Source: Candidatus Marinacidobacterium sp. (GTDB lineage: Bacteria > Acidobacteriota > Vicinamibacteria > Marinacidobacterales > Marinacidobacteraceae). From it: DNA of 64,000 nucleotides. The stretch covers positions 2,176,001 through 2,240,000 of the forward strand of contig OZ244852.1 in the NCBI GenBank assembly GCA_965220965.1. Direction: 5' to 3'. Position numbers and translations under genes: made by a program. Each line of letters opens with the position of its first letter. The stretch's first letter is position 1. Shown piece by piece: positions 46,006 through 55,305 of this stretch. A model generated the notes under the pieces. That model worked only from the letters and a program-made list of their open reading frames with translations. It did no database searches and had not been told where the DNA came from.

Positions 46006-48755
46006 GCCGAGAGCAGACAGCACCTCTTGTACTTCTTCCCGCTCCCGCACGGACACGGGTCGTTCCGGCCGACCTTGGCCTTGCCGCTCTTCACCGCCAT
46101 GACGCGGGGCTGCCGGGCCGCCGGACGGGCGGCGAGGGGGGCCGCGGCTCGGGACCGCGCAAGCGCGCCGGGCCCGGAGGCGATCGCCGGCGCCCCGGCC
46201 TGGCGCGTGCGCGCCGCCGCCGGTTCGTTGCTGACGGCGCGCAGCACGAACAGGAAGCGGACGATGTCCCTCTCGATCCGGTCCCACATCTCCTCGAACA
46301 GCGCGAAGGACTCCTTCTTGTATTCGATGAGCGGGTTGCGCTGCCCGTAGCCGCGGAGCCCGATCCCCTGCTTCAGGTGATCCATCGCGTGGAGGTGGTC
46401 CTTCCACTGCGAGTCCACGATGTGGAGCATGATGTAGCGCTCCTGGCGCCGCATCATCTCGGGCCCGATCTCCTCCTCCTTCTCGGCGTAGCGCGCCGGC
46501 AGCGCTTCTCCGAGAAGCGCCAGGACCTCGTCGCGGCCGAGCTGATCGAACGCGGTCCCGTCGGCCGCCGCCGGCGTGAACCCGTACTGCCCGCGAAGCG
46601 CCTCCTGGAGGGCCGGGTAGTCCCAGTCGTCCGGATCCTGCTCCTTCGACAGCCACTGGTCCACCATCCCCTCGCCGATGAGCGACGCCAGATCCAGCAC
46701 GTAGGCGCGCTGGTCCTCCCCTTCGAGGATGCGGCGCCGCAATCCGTAGACGGCGACGCGCTGCTTGTTCATGACGTCGTCGTACTCGAGCAGGTGCTTG
46801 CGGTAGGAGAAGTTCTGGGCCTCGACCTGTTTCTGCGCCCGCTCGATGGCGCGGGTGACCATCCCGGCCTCCACCGGAACGCCCTCCTCCATGCCGAGCC
46901 GCTGCATCAGGCCGCTCATGCGGTCGCTGCCGAAGATCCGCATCAGGTCGTCTTCGAGCGAGAGGAAGAACCGGGAGCTCCCGGGGTCGCCCTGCCGTCC
47001 GGCGCGTCCGCGCAACTGGTTGTCGATCCGCCGCGCCTCGTGGCGCTCGGTGCCGACGATGTGGAGGCCCCCGAGCCCGACGACCTCGTCATGGGCCGCC
47101 CGGGTTCGTTCGCGCGCGGCCGACACCGCGGCCTCCCAGACCTCTCCGGGGGCCTCGGTCCATTCCACCCCCTGCTTGCGCAGATCGGCCTTCGCGAGCT
47201 CGTCGGCGTTGCCGCCGAGGATGATGTCGGTGCCCCGACCGGCCATGTTCGTGGCGATCGTGACGGAGCCGCTGACGCCGGCCTGGGCCACGATTTCGGC
47301 TTCCCGCTGGTGGTACTTGGCGTTCAGCACCACGTGGGGCACGCGCTGGCGCTTCAGGAGCCGGGAGAGCCGTTCGCTCTTCTCGATCGAGGTCGTTCCC
47401 ACCAGGATCGGGCGGCCCGCCTGCTGCTCGGCGGCGATCTCCTCGGCGATCGCGTTCAGCTTCTCGCGTTCGGTCCGGTAGACCACATCGGCGTGCTCGA
47501 CGCGCACCAGGGCGCGGTTCGTCGGGATCGGCACGACCTCGAGCTCGTAGATCTTCTCGAACTCGGCGGCCTCCGTTTCCGCGGTGCCGGTCATCCCGCT
47601 GAGCTTCCGGTACATCCGGAAGTAGTTCTGGAACGTGATCGTCGCGAGCGTCTGGTTCTCGCGCTCGATCTTCACGTTCTCCTTGGCCTCGACCGCCTGA
47701 TGGAGACCGTCGGACCAGCGCCGGCCGGGCATGAGCCGGCCGGTGAACTCGTCCACGATCACGACCTTCCCGTCCTTGATCGTGTAGTCCTTCTCGCGCT
47801 TGTAGAGCGCGTGCGCCCTCAGCGCCTGCGTGAGGTGGTGGAGCAGGGTCATCTGCTCCGGGTCGTAGAGGTTCTCCACGTGGAGAAGCTCCTCGGCGCG
47901 GGGAACCCCTTCCTCGGTCAGGGTCACGGTCCGGGACTTCTCGTCCACGGCGTAGTGGAGGTCGCGGCGGAGGTTCGGGATGATCCGGTCCACCGCGTAG
48001 TAGAGCTCGGTCGAAGCCTCGGCGGGCCCGCTGATGATGAGCGGGGTCCGGGCCTCGTCGATGAGGATGGAGTCCACCTCGTCCACGATCGCGAAGTGGA
48101 AGAGTTTCTCGACTTCCTTCCCGTCGCTGTCGCGCTCCACCGAAGGGAACATCCGGTGGACGAAACTCTCCGCCGAGAACTTCATGTTGTCCCGGAGGTA
48201 GTCGAAGCCGAACTCGTTGTTCGTGCCGTAGGTGATGTCGGCGGCGTAGGCCTGACGCCGCGCGTCGTCGCTCAGGTCGTGCTGGATGACGCCGACCTCG
48301 AGCCCGAGAAACCGGTAGACCCGGCCCATCCAGTCCGAATCCCGGCGCGCCAGGTAGTCGTTCACCGTGACCACGTGGACGCCCTTGCCCGAGAGCGCGT
48401 TCAGGACGGCCGCGAGAGTGGCCACCAGGGTCTTCCCCTCGCCGGTCTTCATCTCGGCGATGCGGCCCCGGTGGAGGACGGCGCCGCCGAGGAGCTGCAC
48501 ATCGAAGTGCCGCATCCCGAGGGTGCGGCGGGCGGCTTCGCGGGTGACGGCGAAGACCTCGGGCATGAGGTCCTCGAGGGATTCCCCGGTGTCGGCGCGA
48601 CCCCGAAGCGCCCCCAGACGGCCGCGGAGCCCAACGTCGTCGAGCGCCTTCATTTCGGGCTCGAGCGCCCCGACGGCGGCCACCAGCGGCTGAAGCCGCT
48701 TCAGTTCCCGCTCGGACTTCTTGCCGACGATCTTCGTGAGAACGCTCTGGAACAC
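46002..48755 (-). CDS. secA: Preprotein translocase subunit SecA
   Basis: [38 protein letters not shown]-terminal SEC-C motif [18 protein letters not shown]. Confidence 0.98.
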   Translation of the reverse strand: MFQSVLTKIVGKKSERELKRLQPLVAAVGALEPEMKALDDVGLRGRLGALRGRADTGESLEDLMPEVFAVTREAARRTLGMRHFDVQLLGGAVLHRGRIAEMKTGEGKTLVATLAAVLNALSGKGVHVVTVNDYLARRDSDWMGRVYRFLGLEVGVIQHDLSDDARRQAYAADITYGTNNEFGFDYLRDNMKFSAESFVHRMFPSVERDSDGKEVEKLFHFAIVDEVDSILIDEARTPLIISGPAEASTELYYAVDRIIPNLRRDLHYAVDEKSRTVTLTEEGVPRAEELLHVENLYDPEQMTLLHHLTQALRAHALYKREKDYTIKDGKVVIVDEFTGRLMPGRRWSDGLHQAVEAKENVKIERENQTLATITFQNYFRMYRKLSGMTGTAETEAAEFEKIYELEVVPIPTNRALVRVEHADVVYRTEREKLNAIAEEIAAEQQAGRPILVGTTSIEKSERLSRLLKRQRVPHVVLNAKYHQREAEIVAQAGVSGSVTIATNMAGRGTDIILGGNADELAKADLRKQGVEWTEAPGEVWEAAVSAARERTRAAHDEVVGLGGLHIVGTERHEARRIDNQLRGRAGRQGDPGSSRFFLSLEDDLMRIFGSDRMSGLMQRLGMEEGVPVEAGMVTRAIERAQKQVEAQNFSYRKHLLEYDDVMNKQRVAVYGLRRRILEGEDQRAYVLDLASLIGEGMVDQWLSKEQDPDDWDYPALQEALRGQYGFTPAAADGTAFDQLGRDEVLALLGEALPARYAEKEEEIGPEMMRRQERYIMLHIVDSQWKDHLHAMDHLKQGIGLRGYGQRNPLIEYKKESFALFEEMWDRIERDIVRFLFVLRAVSNEPAAARTRQAGAPAIASGPGALARSRAAAPLAARPAARQPRVMAVKSGKAKVGRNDPCPCGSGKKYKRCCLLSA

Positions 48756-48879
48756 GGGTACGCCGGCTGAAGTGGAATGGTAGCGCCGCCCCGGGAACCG
48801 GAACTCAGCGCCGCTCCGGAGGGCGGAGCGGCCAGGGGCTCATGGGCCCCCACGCGTAACGCGCGGTTCGAGCGGTGGA

Positions 48880-49794
48880 CTACCGGGAGTAATCGACGAT
48901 GAAATCGAGGGGGTTCTGCGAGCGTTCGTCGACCCAGACTTCGTAGTGGAGGTGAGGAGACCGGCTGCGGCCAGTGTTGCCGACCTCGCCGACGTGAGCT
49001 CCGCGCAGAAGGCGCTGGCTGCGCCGAACGAGGGTCCGCGACAGGTGCGCGTAGCGGGTCACCCGGCCAAACCCGTGGGAGACGACCACGAACCTGCCGA
49101 AGGTGGAGGAGTTGCCGACGTCGATCACCACGCCATCGGCGGTCACCCGGACGGGAGTGCCGGTGTCGGCCGAGATGTCGATCCCGTAGTGGGGCGCGAT
49201 CTCCCCGGTGAACGGGTCGGCGCGGGATCCATACCCGGAAGAGAGGTAACCGCGCACCGGCCAGATCGAGGGGGTTGACGCCATGAGCCGGCTCTTGTCC
49301 CGCATGACCCGCTCAAGCGCGACGCCCTGGCGGTCCAGCGCCGCCATGCGGCCGGAGAGGTCCTCGAGGCGCCGCGCGACGTAGTCGTAGCCGCTGGCCC
49401 CGTTGGCGCCGCCGCCGAGGCCGGCCATGCGGGGAGCGACCGGTTCGGCCCCCGCGAGCACCGCGAGTCGCCGCATCTGGACTTCGAGATCCTCGATCCG
49501 CGCAGCCATCCGCTCGGTGTCCCGGGCGTAACCACGGTTCAGTTCGCGCAGCGAGGACCGCTCCTCGAGCAGCTCCCGGGCGCCCGGACCGGCGCGCAGA
49601 ACCAGCCAGGCGTAGTGCCCGCCAAGCGTCAGACCGACAAGCGCCACCACGGCGAAGAACGCCTTGAACACAGGCGTGATCCGCAGTTCGACGGGAGCGT
49701 TCCGGGGGCTTCCGAGGAAGACGATCCGGGCTCCGCCGGAGCGGAAGAACCGTCGGAAAGCGCCCCCCCGGGAGGCGAGTCTACGCCGTGACAT
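48880..49794 (-). CDS. M23 family metallopeptidase
   Basis: TM plus coiled coil, PSIWPVRG, HYGID, YAHL, GRSRSPHLHYEV. Confidence 0.92.
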   Translation of the reverse strand: MSRRRLASRGGAFRRFFRSGGARIVFLGSPRNAPVELRITPVFKAFFAVVALVGLTLGGHYAWLVLRAGPGARELLEERSSLRELNRGYARDTERMAARIEDLEVQMRRLAVLAGAEPVAPRMAGLGGGANGASGYDYVARRLEDLSGRMAALDRQGVALERVMRDKSRLMASTPSIWPVRGYLSSGYGSRADPFTGEIAPHYGIDISADTGTPVRVTADGVVIDVGNSSTFGRFVVVSHGFGRVTRYAHLSRTLVRRSQRLLRGAHVGEVGNTGRSRSPHLHYEVWVDERSQNPLDFIVDYSR

Positions 49795-49833
49795 GGACTT
49801 AGGTCAGATTATCCCTCGATTTCGGGCGTCGGA

Positions 49834-50289
49834 TCAAATCCGTCCGGAGTCCGGGGGCTCCGGAAGAGCCGCTCCCTGCCCGGTCTCCGCCCGAAGCTGG
49901 AGCCGCGGAAGGTCCTCCGGGCCCCAGTCGGCGGCCCTTCCGGCGCGGGCCAGACGAACCTTCCGCAGAGCCGAGCCCGCCGGCGCCGAAAGCGTCTCCG
50001 GAACGATCCACAGACCCTCGCCGACCTCGATTCCGGACGGGGAAGGCGTCCGGGCCAGCGCATCCAGACCAGCCGCGAGGAGGCTTTCCGCGCCGGGGAG
50101 GTTCGAGGTCTGAAGGTGATACATCCCGGCGGCCACCTTGACGAGCGCCTGGAGTCGACGCCGCCTCGGACCCCGAGCGTCGGCCCACGCCTCCTCGAGC
50201 ACGTCGTGGGCTTCGTAGTACCGGCGGTCGTTGAACAGCCGCGCCGCTTCGCGGACCCGCTCGCCAGGCGCGGGTTCCGGCGGCGGCAT
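49834..50289 (-). CDS. DUF309 domain protein
   Basis: LFNDRRYYEAHDVLEEAW..LQALVKVAAGMYH. Confidence 0.85.
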   Translation of the reverse strand: MPPPEPAPGERVREAARLFNDRRYYEAHDVLEEAWADARGPRRRRLQALVKVAAGMYHLQTSNLPGAESLLAAGLDALARTPSPSGIEVGEGLWIVPETLSAPAGSALRKVRLARAGRAADWGPEDLPRLQLRAETGQGAALPEPPDSGRI

Positions 50290-50368
50290 GGCGCGATCCT
50301 AAGACCGGACGCCGCGACCCATCGCCGCCGCTCTGGCCGGTTTCGTGGGAACGGGCGGCTCCCGGGCA

Positions 50369-52060
50369 TCAGGGGGCCACGAGCGAGGCCGTCTTCCCAA
50401 GGACGGTCGGCGTTCCGGTCGGAGGCTCCCGGAACTGAAGGGCCTCCTCGAAGTGCGCCGGAAGCACCTCGTCGGCTTCGGCGAGGTCAGCGATCGTCCG
50501 CGCCACCCGGAACCCGCGGGTGACGCCGCGCGCCGACATCCCGAGGCCGTCCATCGCCCATCCCACCAGCGAGCGGAAGGGCGCCATCCTCCGGCACGCC
50601 TCGCGCACCTGGCGGACACCGACCAACCGTTGCGCCTCGTCGCTGGCGAGCCGCCGATCGCGCCGCTCGCGGGCCTGGAGGACGCGCTCCCGGACAAGGG
50701 CGGTGGTTTCGCCCGCCTGGTCGCCGAGCACCTGACGCGACGTCACCGGCCGGACCGTCAGGTGAATGTCGATCCGGTCGAGGAGCGGCCCGGAGATCCG
50801 GGCGCGGTAGCGCGCCACCGCGGCCGGGGGGCAGGCGCAGGGGCGCCCGCCTTCGCCGTGGAAGCCGCAGGGACAGGGGTTCATCGCCGCGACGAACTGG
50901 AAGTCGGCCGGAAAGCGGACCGACTGACGCGCGCGTCCCACATGGATCTCCCGGTTTTCGAGCGGCTGGCGAAGGCACTCGAGGACCGGCCGCTGGAACT
51001 CCGGGAGTTCGTCCAGGAAGAGGACCCCCCGGTGGGCGAGCGTCAGCTCGCCGGGAGTCGGGCCCGGTCCACCGCCAGCCATCCCGGCGTAGGAGATCGT
51101 GTGATGCGGGGCGCGAAACGGCGGAGAGAGCGGGCAGGCGGGCGGTGGAGCTCCGACCGCGGACCGGATCCGGGCCACGTCCATCGCCTCGGACGGCTTG
51201 AGCGGCGGCAACAGGTCGGGCAGGACGCCGACGAGCAGCGTCTTCCCGCTCCCCGGCGGCCCGGTGAAGAGGAGGTTGTGCCGGCCGGCGGCGGCGATCT
51301 CCAGCGCCCGGCGGGCGCGCGGCTGACCCCGGACTTCCGAAAAGTCCGTTCTGGCGCGCGAACGGGAGCGTCGCGGGGGCTGCGCGCGGTGAGGCTCCGG
51401 GAGCTCGTCGAGCGTGAGGAGGTCGAGCGCCGCCTGCAGGCTCTCCACCGGATAGACGCTGATCCCGTCGGCGAGGGCGGCCTCGTCGGCGTTGTCCGGG
51501 GGGACCAGCGCGATCTCGTACGCCGCGGCGGCGGCCTCCCACGCGATCGGGAGCGCGCCGCGCACTCCGCGGATGGAGCCATCGAGCGCGAGCTCCCCCA
51601 GCAGGAGCGCGCTGCCCAGCCGTCGGCCGCCGATCCGGTGAGCGGCGTCGAGAAGGCCGAGCGCGACGGCGAGGTCGAACCCGGAGCCCTCCTTGCGGAT
51701 GCCGGCGGGGGCGAGATTCACGATGATGTGGGCCCGAGGCAGCCCGAAGCCGGTATTCCGGAGCGCCGCCAGGACGCGCTGCTGCGACTCGCGGATGACG
51801 GCGTCGGGGAGGCCGACGGTGCGGAAGCTGGAATCCCGGTCGGAGGACTCCATGAAGTCGACTTCGACGCGAACCAGCAGGCCGTTCACGCCCCGCACGG
51901 TTCCGGTGCGCGTCACCGCCAGTCGGCGGCCCGGGTCGCCGCCCACCCCGGTGGACGGCTTCGCCGGGGACCTGTCCGCCCCTCCATCCGGCGGAGGTCG
52001 GGAGGGAACGACGCCGCCGGAGAGGTCGGGAACGGACGGCGGGAGGGAGGGGGCTGCCAT
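50369..52060 (-). CDS. comM: YifB/ComM family Mg-chelatase-like AAA+ ATPase (true start probably near 51920-51950)
   Basis: VGLPDAVIRES, NLAPAGIRKEGSGFDL, GPPGSGKT, PFRAPHH, LFLDELPEF, AMNPCPCG, SGPLLDRIDI. Confidence 0.9.
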   Translation of the reverse strand: MAAPSLPPSVPDLSGGVVPSRPPPDGGADRSPAKPSTGVGGDPGRRLAVTRTGTVRGVNGLLVRVEVDFMESSDRDSSFRTVGLPDAVIRESQQRVLAALRNTGFGLPRAHIIVNLAPAGIRKEGSGFDLAVALGLLDAAHRIGGRRLGSALLLGELALDGSIRGVRGALPIAWEAAAAAYEIALVPPDNADEAALADGISVYPVESLQAALDLLTLDELPEPHRAQPPRRSRSRARTDFSEVRGQPRARRALEIAAAGRHNLLFTGPPGSGKTLLVGVLPDLLPPLKPSEAMDVARIRSAVGAPPPACPLSPPFRAPHHTISYAGMAGGGPGPTPGELTLAHRGVLFLDELPEFQRPVLECLRQPLENREIHVGRARQSVRFPADFQFVAAMNPCPCGFHGEGGRPCACPPAAVARYRARISGPLLDRIDIHLTVRPVTSRQVLGDQAGETTALVRERVLQARERRDRRLASDEAQRLVGVRQVREACRRMAPFRSLVGWAMDGLGMSARGVTRGFRVARTIADLAEADEVLPAHFEEALQFREPPTGTPTVLGKTASLVAP

Positions 52061-52241
52061 ACCCGACTCCGACGAATCCCCGGGGGGGTTTCGTGGCGCC
52101 GGCCGATCGGCTGTCGAGAACGCGGGGCGTCACGGGACGCAGAACGGCCAGGCCCCCGCGCGCCGCGGCGCCCGGCGCCGTTACGATTCGGGGTCCCGCT
52201 CACGGAGCTCTCAGGGCTCCATCCTCCCGGGCTCCCGCTTC

Positions 52242-52976
52242 ATGGACGCGCTTTCGCTTCTCACCGCCGTTGGCGCCGGCGTGGTGAGCTTCCTGTCGCC
52301 GTGCGTGCTGCCGCTCGTCCCCGGCTACATCTCCTTCGTCTCGGGCGCATCGCTGAGCGACCTCACGAGCGGCGCCGGGACCCCGGAGGAGCGCGCGGCG
52401 CGCCGGCGGCGCATCGTGCTGAACACGGTGCTCTTCGTCCTGGGGTTCTCGATCGTGTTCGTGGCGATGGGGGCCTCGGCGACCTACGCCGGCCAGTGGC
52501 TGGCCGGGAACCGGATCTGGCTCGGCCGGATCGCCGGGACCGCGATCGTGATTCTGGGCCTCCATGTCATGGGGGTCCTGAAGATCCCCTTCCTGAACGT
52601 GGAGAAGCGCTTCCACACCCAGCGCGAACCGGTGGGCTGGATCGGATCCTTCGCGATCGGACTCGCGTTCGCCTTCGGCTGGTCTCCCTGCATCGGGCCG
52701 ATCCTGGCGGGCGTCCTGGTCCTCGCCGCGAACCACGAGACCGTGGGCCAGGGCATCGTCCTGCTGTCCGCTTATTCCGCCGGACTCGGCGTGCCCTTCA
52801 TCCTCACCGGCCTCGCGGTCGACCGCTTCTTCGCGGTCTCCAAGCGGGTGAAGCGGCACATGCGGGTGGTGGAAATCGTGGCCGGCGTCCTTCTCATCGT
52901 GATCGGGGTCCTGGTCTTCACCGACAGCCTGCAGGCGCTCGCCCAGTACCTGACCTTCCTGCCGGTTCTCGGCTGA
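52242..52976 (+). CDS. ccdA: Cytochrome c biogenesis protein CcdA
   Basis: SFLSPCVLPLVPGY and FGWSPCIGPILA. Confidence 0.93.
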   Translation: MDALSLLTAVGAGVVSFLSPCVLPLVPGYISFVSGASLSDLTSGAGTPEERAARRRRIVLNTVLFVLGFSIVFVAMGASATYAGQWLAGNRIWLGRIAGTAIVILGLHVMGVLKIPFLNVEKRFHTQREPVGWIGSFAIGLAFAFGWSPCIGPILAGVLVLAANHETVGQGIVLLSAYSAGLGVPFILTGLAVDRFFAVSKRVKRHMRVVEIVAGVLLIVIGVLVFTDSLQALAQYLTFLPVLG

Positions 52977-52984
52977 GGTTCGCC

Positions 52985-53374
52985 ATGTCCGTCCTCATTG
53001 CGGCCGTCCTCCTCGCTCTGTCGCCCGCCGCCGCGGCGCAGGAACCCTGGGACGTTTCCGACGAAATCCGGGCGGTGCAAAACCCGGTGCCGGCGGACGA
53101 AGCGGCCATCGAGGCGGGACGCGGGTTCTACGCCGCCCGCTGCGCCTCGTGCCACGGCGACACCGGGAAGGGAGACGGCAGGGCCACCCGGTTCATCAAG
53201 CCCGCGCCCGCCGACATCTCGACCGCGGAGGCCCGCGACCGGATGACGGATGGAGAGATGTTCTACAAGATCACCGAGGGCAGGAAGCCCATGCCCGGCA
53301 TGAAGCGGACGCTCAGCGACGAAGAGCGCTGGCAGGTCGTCCACTTCCTGCGCACCCTCCAGCCGCCGAGGTAG
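52985..53374 (+). CDS. Monoheme c-type cytochrome
   Basis: Signal peptide, NPVP, CASCHG, distal PMPG Met, LSDEERWQVV.FLR. Confidence 0.9.
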   Translation: MSVLIAAVLLALSPAAAAQEPWDVSDEIRAVQNPVPADEAAIEAGRGFYAARCASCHGDTGKGDGRATRFIKPAPADISTAEARDRMTDGEMFYKITEGRKPMPGMKRTLSDEERWQVVHFLRTLQPPR

Positions 53375-53429
53375 AAGCCAGAGCGGGATGTCCCCCGGGA
53401 CCGCCGCCGATCCGCCGAGGGAGGAAACC

Positions 53430-53972
53430 ATGAAGACCACCCGGAATCGTTCCGCGCGGCGCGCCGCCGCGGTCCTGCTGCTCGCAGTCACCGGCTGTGT
53501 GGCCCCGCCCCCCGAGGGAGGGAGCGCCGGCGCCGGGCTGGCGGCGGAGATGCCCGACCTCGTTCTCCCCCACGCGGACGGGAGCGGCGAACTCGACCTG
53601 CGGGCCGCGACCGAGGGCAAGGTGGCGCTGGTCGACCTCTGGGCGACCTGGTGCGTCCCGTGCGTCGCCGAGCTCCCCCATCTCCAGCAACTGTCGGATG
53701 AACTGCCCGAGGAGGACTTCCTGATGCTCGGGATCGTGCTCGAGTCGGGAGACGCCGAGGGCGTGGCCGAATTCGTGGCCGACAAGGACATCACCTACCC
53801 GAACGTCATGGGCTCCGACGCCGCCCGCGACGCCTTCGGGCCCTTCCTCGGCTACCCGACGAAGTACCTCATCGACAAGGAAGGCAAGCTGATCAAGCGC
53901 TACTTCGGCGCGGTCGGCGACATCCTCGATCACGAGATCGGCCAACTCCTGGAGACCGGCGCGATCAACTGA
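53430..53972 (+). CDS. TlpA/ResA-like thiol-disulfide oxidoreductase lipoprotein
   Basis: Lipobox VTGC, LWATWCVPC, GYPT.YLID; SD GAGGA upstream. Confidence 0.9.
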   Translation: MKTTRNRSARRAAAVLLLAVTGCVAPPPEGGSAGAGLAAEMPDLVLPHADGSGELDLRAATEGKVALVDLWATWCVPCVAELPHLQQLSDELPEEDFLMLGIVLESGDAEGVAEFVADKDITYPNVMGSDAARDAFGPFLGYPTKYLIDKEGKLIKRYFGAVGDILDHEIGQLLETGAIN

Positions 53973-54152
53973 GCGGCCGCTCCCGCGAAGCGGAGCGCGC
54001 GGGGGTGATCCGGGAGGCGTCGCCCCGAAGCCGGTTGGGGGAGGCTTGTCTGCCCATACGCCCGGAGTCCGGGAAGAAGACCAGGTCGGAGTCTGCGCGG
54101 CCTGCGTTAGTCTTCGGGCAGTATTTCTGACACGTTGACCGAGACCCGGACC

Positions 54153-54764
54153 ATGAGCAGCCTCCCCAAACGCATCATGCAGCACGCGGAGGCCCTCCCG
54201 GAGGCGACGCCGCTCTGCCCCGGCGCGCTGCTGCACCTCGGCAAGCGGGCCGCGGTCGACCAGGCGCTGTCGCGTCTCGCCCGGTCCGGTCGACTCAGGA
54301 GGATCTGCCAGGGTGTCTACATGCGCCCGATCCACACCCGGTTTGGACCTTGCGCGCCGCCCAGAAAGAAGGTCCTCAAGGCTCTTTCGGCGCTGTGGGG
54401 CGAGACCATCGCGCCACACGGCGGGGGGGCGGCCAATTGGCTTCGTCTGACGACGCAGAATCCGGTGCGGGCGATCTACCTGACGTCCGGCCCCAGCCGC
54501 CGGCTGCGTTTCGGCTCGTCCGTCGTCGAACTGCGTCACGCGCCGCGCTGGCAACTGGTGTCCCCGGAGGGCAATGCGGGGCATCTCATCCGCGCCCTCG
54601 CGTGGCTCGGTCCGGAAGAGGTCGAAGACGCTCTGGACGCCGTCCTGCCGACGTTTTCTGAGACCGAGATGGAGGAGCTGTCAGCAGCCCGCGCCGTGCT
54701 GCCGATGTGGATGGCCGAACCACTGAGCGCGCGGATCCAGACGGCGGAGCCGGCCGCTTCGTAG
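54153..54764 (+). CDS. DUF6088 family protein (AbiEi-like type IV antitoxin / transcriptional regulator)
   Basis: LLHLGKRAAVDQALSRL..G.L.RI.QGVY.RP..TRFG, GAANWL.LTTQNPVR.IYLTSGPSR. Confidence 0.85.
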   Translation: MSSLPKRIMQHAEALPEATPLCPGALLHLGKRAAVDQALSRLARSGRLRRICQGVYMRPIHTRFGPCAPPRKKVLKALSALWGETIAPHGGGAANWLRLTTQNPVRAIYLTSGPSRRLRFGSSVVELRHAPRWQLVSPEGNAGHLIRALAWLGPEEVEDALDAVLPTFSETEMEELSAARAVLPMWMAEPLSARIQTAEPAAS

Positions 54765-54783
54765 CGGTCGTTCGGCGGAGGCT

Positions 54784-54807
54784 CTCCCCTTCCGCAACGA
54801 AGGGGAG
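54784..54807. terminator. Perfect 9-bp hairpin CTCCCCTTC-cgcaac-GAAGGGGAG between convergent genes
   Basis: Inverted repeat seen directly; no clear U-tract, so it could be a REP-like element rather than a terminator. Confidence 0.4.
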
Positions 54808-54856
54808 TCCCTGTCGGCTCCATCAGGATGGACGAGCCGACGCAGGCCAGCACCGA

Positions 54857-55096
54857 TCACCCGACTCGTCCCGGATCGCGACGTCGCTCGGCCCGAACCC
54901 ACCCGGCGGGATCCCGATCCCAACCGTGGTCCCGGTCCGGGACCGTCCCGGCAGACCTTCGGATCAGTTCCCAGCGATGGTGGTGATCCACGGCGGCCTG
55001 CAGCGCGCGGCGGACGAACTCGCTGCGCCCGCGCGGTCCGGCGATGGCGTCCACCCGCGCCATCAAAGCGTCGTCAACGTGGATGTTCAGTCGCAT
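54857..55096 (-). CDS. Ribbon-helix-helix (CopG/VapB-like) antitoxin
   Basis: MRLNIHVDDALMARVDAIAGPRGRSEFVRRAL fits the RHH pattern; tail W..DPAGWVRAERR. Confidence 0.78.
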   Translation of the reverse strand: MRLNIHVDDALMARVDAIAGPRGRSEFVRRALQAAVDHHHRWELIRRSAGTVPDRDHGWDRDPAGWVRAERRRDPGRVG

Positions 55097-55182
55097 GGGA
55101 ATTCGATAGCACGATTCAGGCCGCCCGCTCAGCGCTCGAGGCGCTCCCTCCGTCCGGATCGCCACCGAACCAGCGCGGCGAA

Positions 55183-55274
55183 ACGCCGAATCACCCGTTG
55201 GGGATACGCCGAATCACCGGTTGAGAACACTCCAAATCACAGGTTGAAGATCCGCCGAATCACCGGTTTGATCT
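55183..55274 (+). repeat. Four tandem 23-bp direct repeats (consensus aCgCCgAATCACcgGTTg.....)
   Basis: Units at 55183 ACGCCGAATCACCCGTTGGGGAT, 55206 ACGCCGAATCACCGGTTGAGAAC, 55229 ACTCCAAATCACAGGTTGAAGAT, 55252 CCGCCGAATCACCGGTTTGATCT. Confidence 0.9.
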
Positions 55275-55305
55275 ACACTCCCCACCAACCGCGGCCGGCG
55301 CCGCC

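Noticed and set aside
51960-52110. Imperfect GGAGGTCGGGA repeats and a weak hairpin upstream of comM/ccdA
   Set aside because: Only two degenerate copies in very GC-rich sequence; not distinguishable from chance.
50345-52984. 1009-aa ORF as a large cytochrome
   Set aside because: Only 52985-53374 is a credible cytochrome c with a signal peptide; the upstream part is a shadow of comM and ccdA.
54536-54853. ORF after the RHH antitoxin as a VapC toxin
   Set aside because: The start VLACVGSSILME only faintly recalls a PIN N-terminus, lacks the catalytic Asp and runs antisense into DUF6088; at most a few remnant codons.
55183-55274. 23-bp repeats as a mini-CRISPR array
   Set aside because: Units are directly adjacent with only a few variable bases and no spacer-length unique sequence; no cas genes are in the window.
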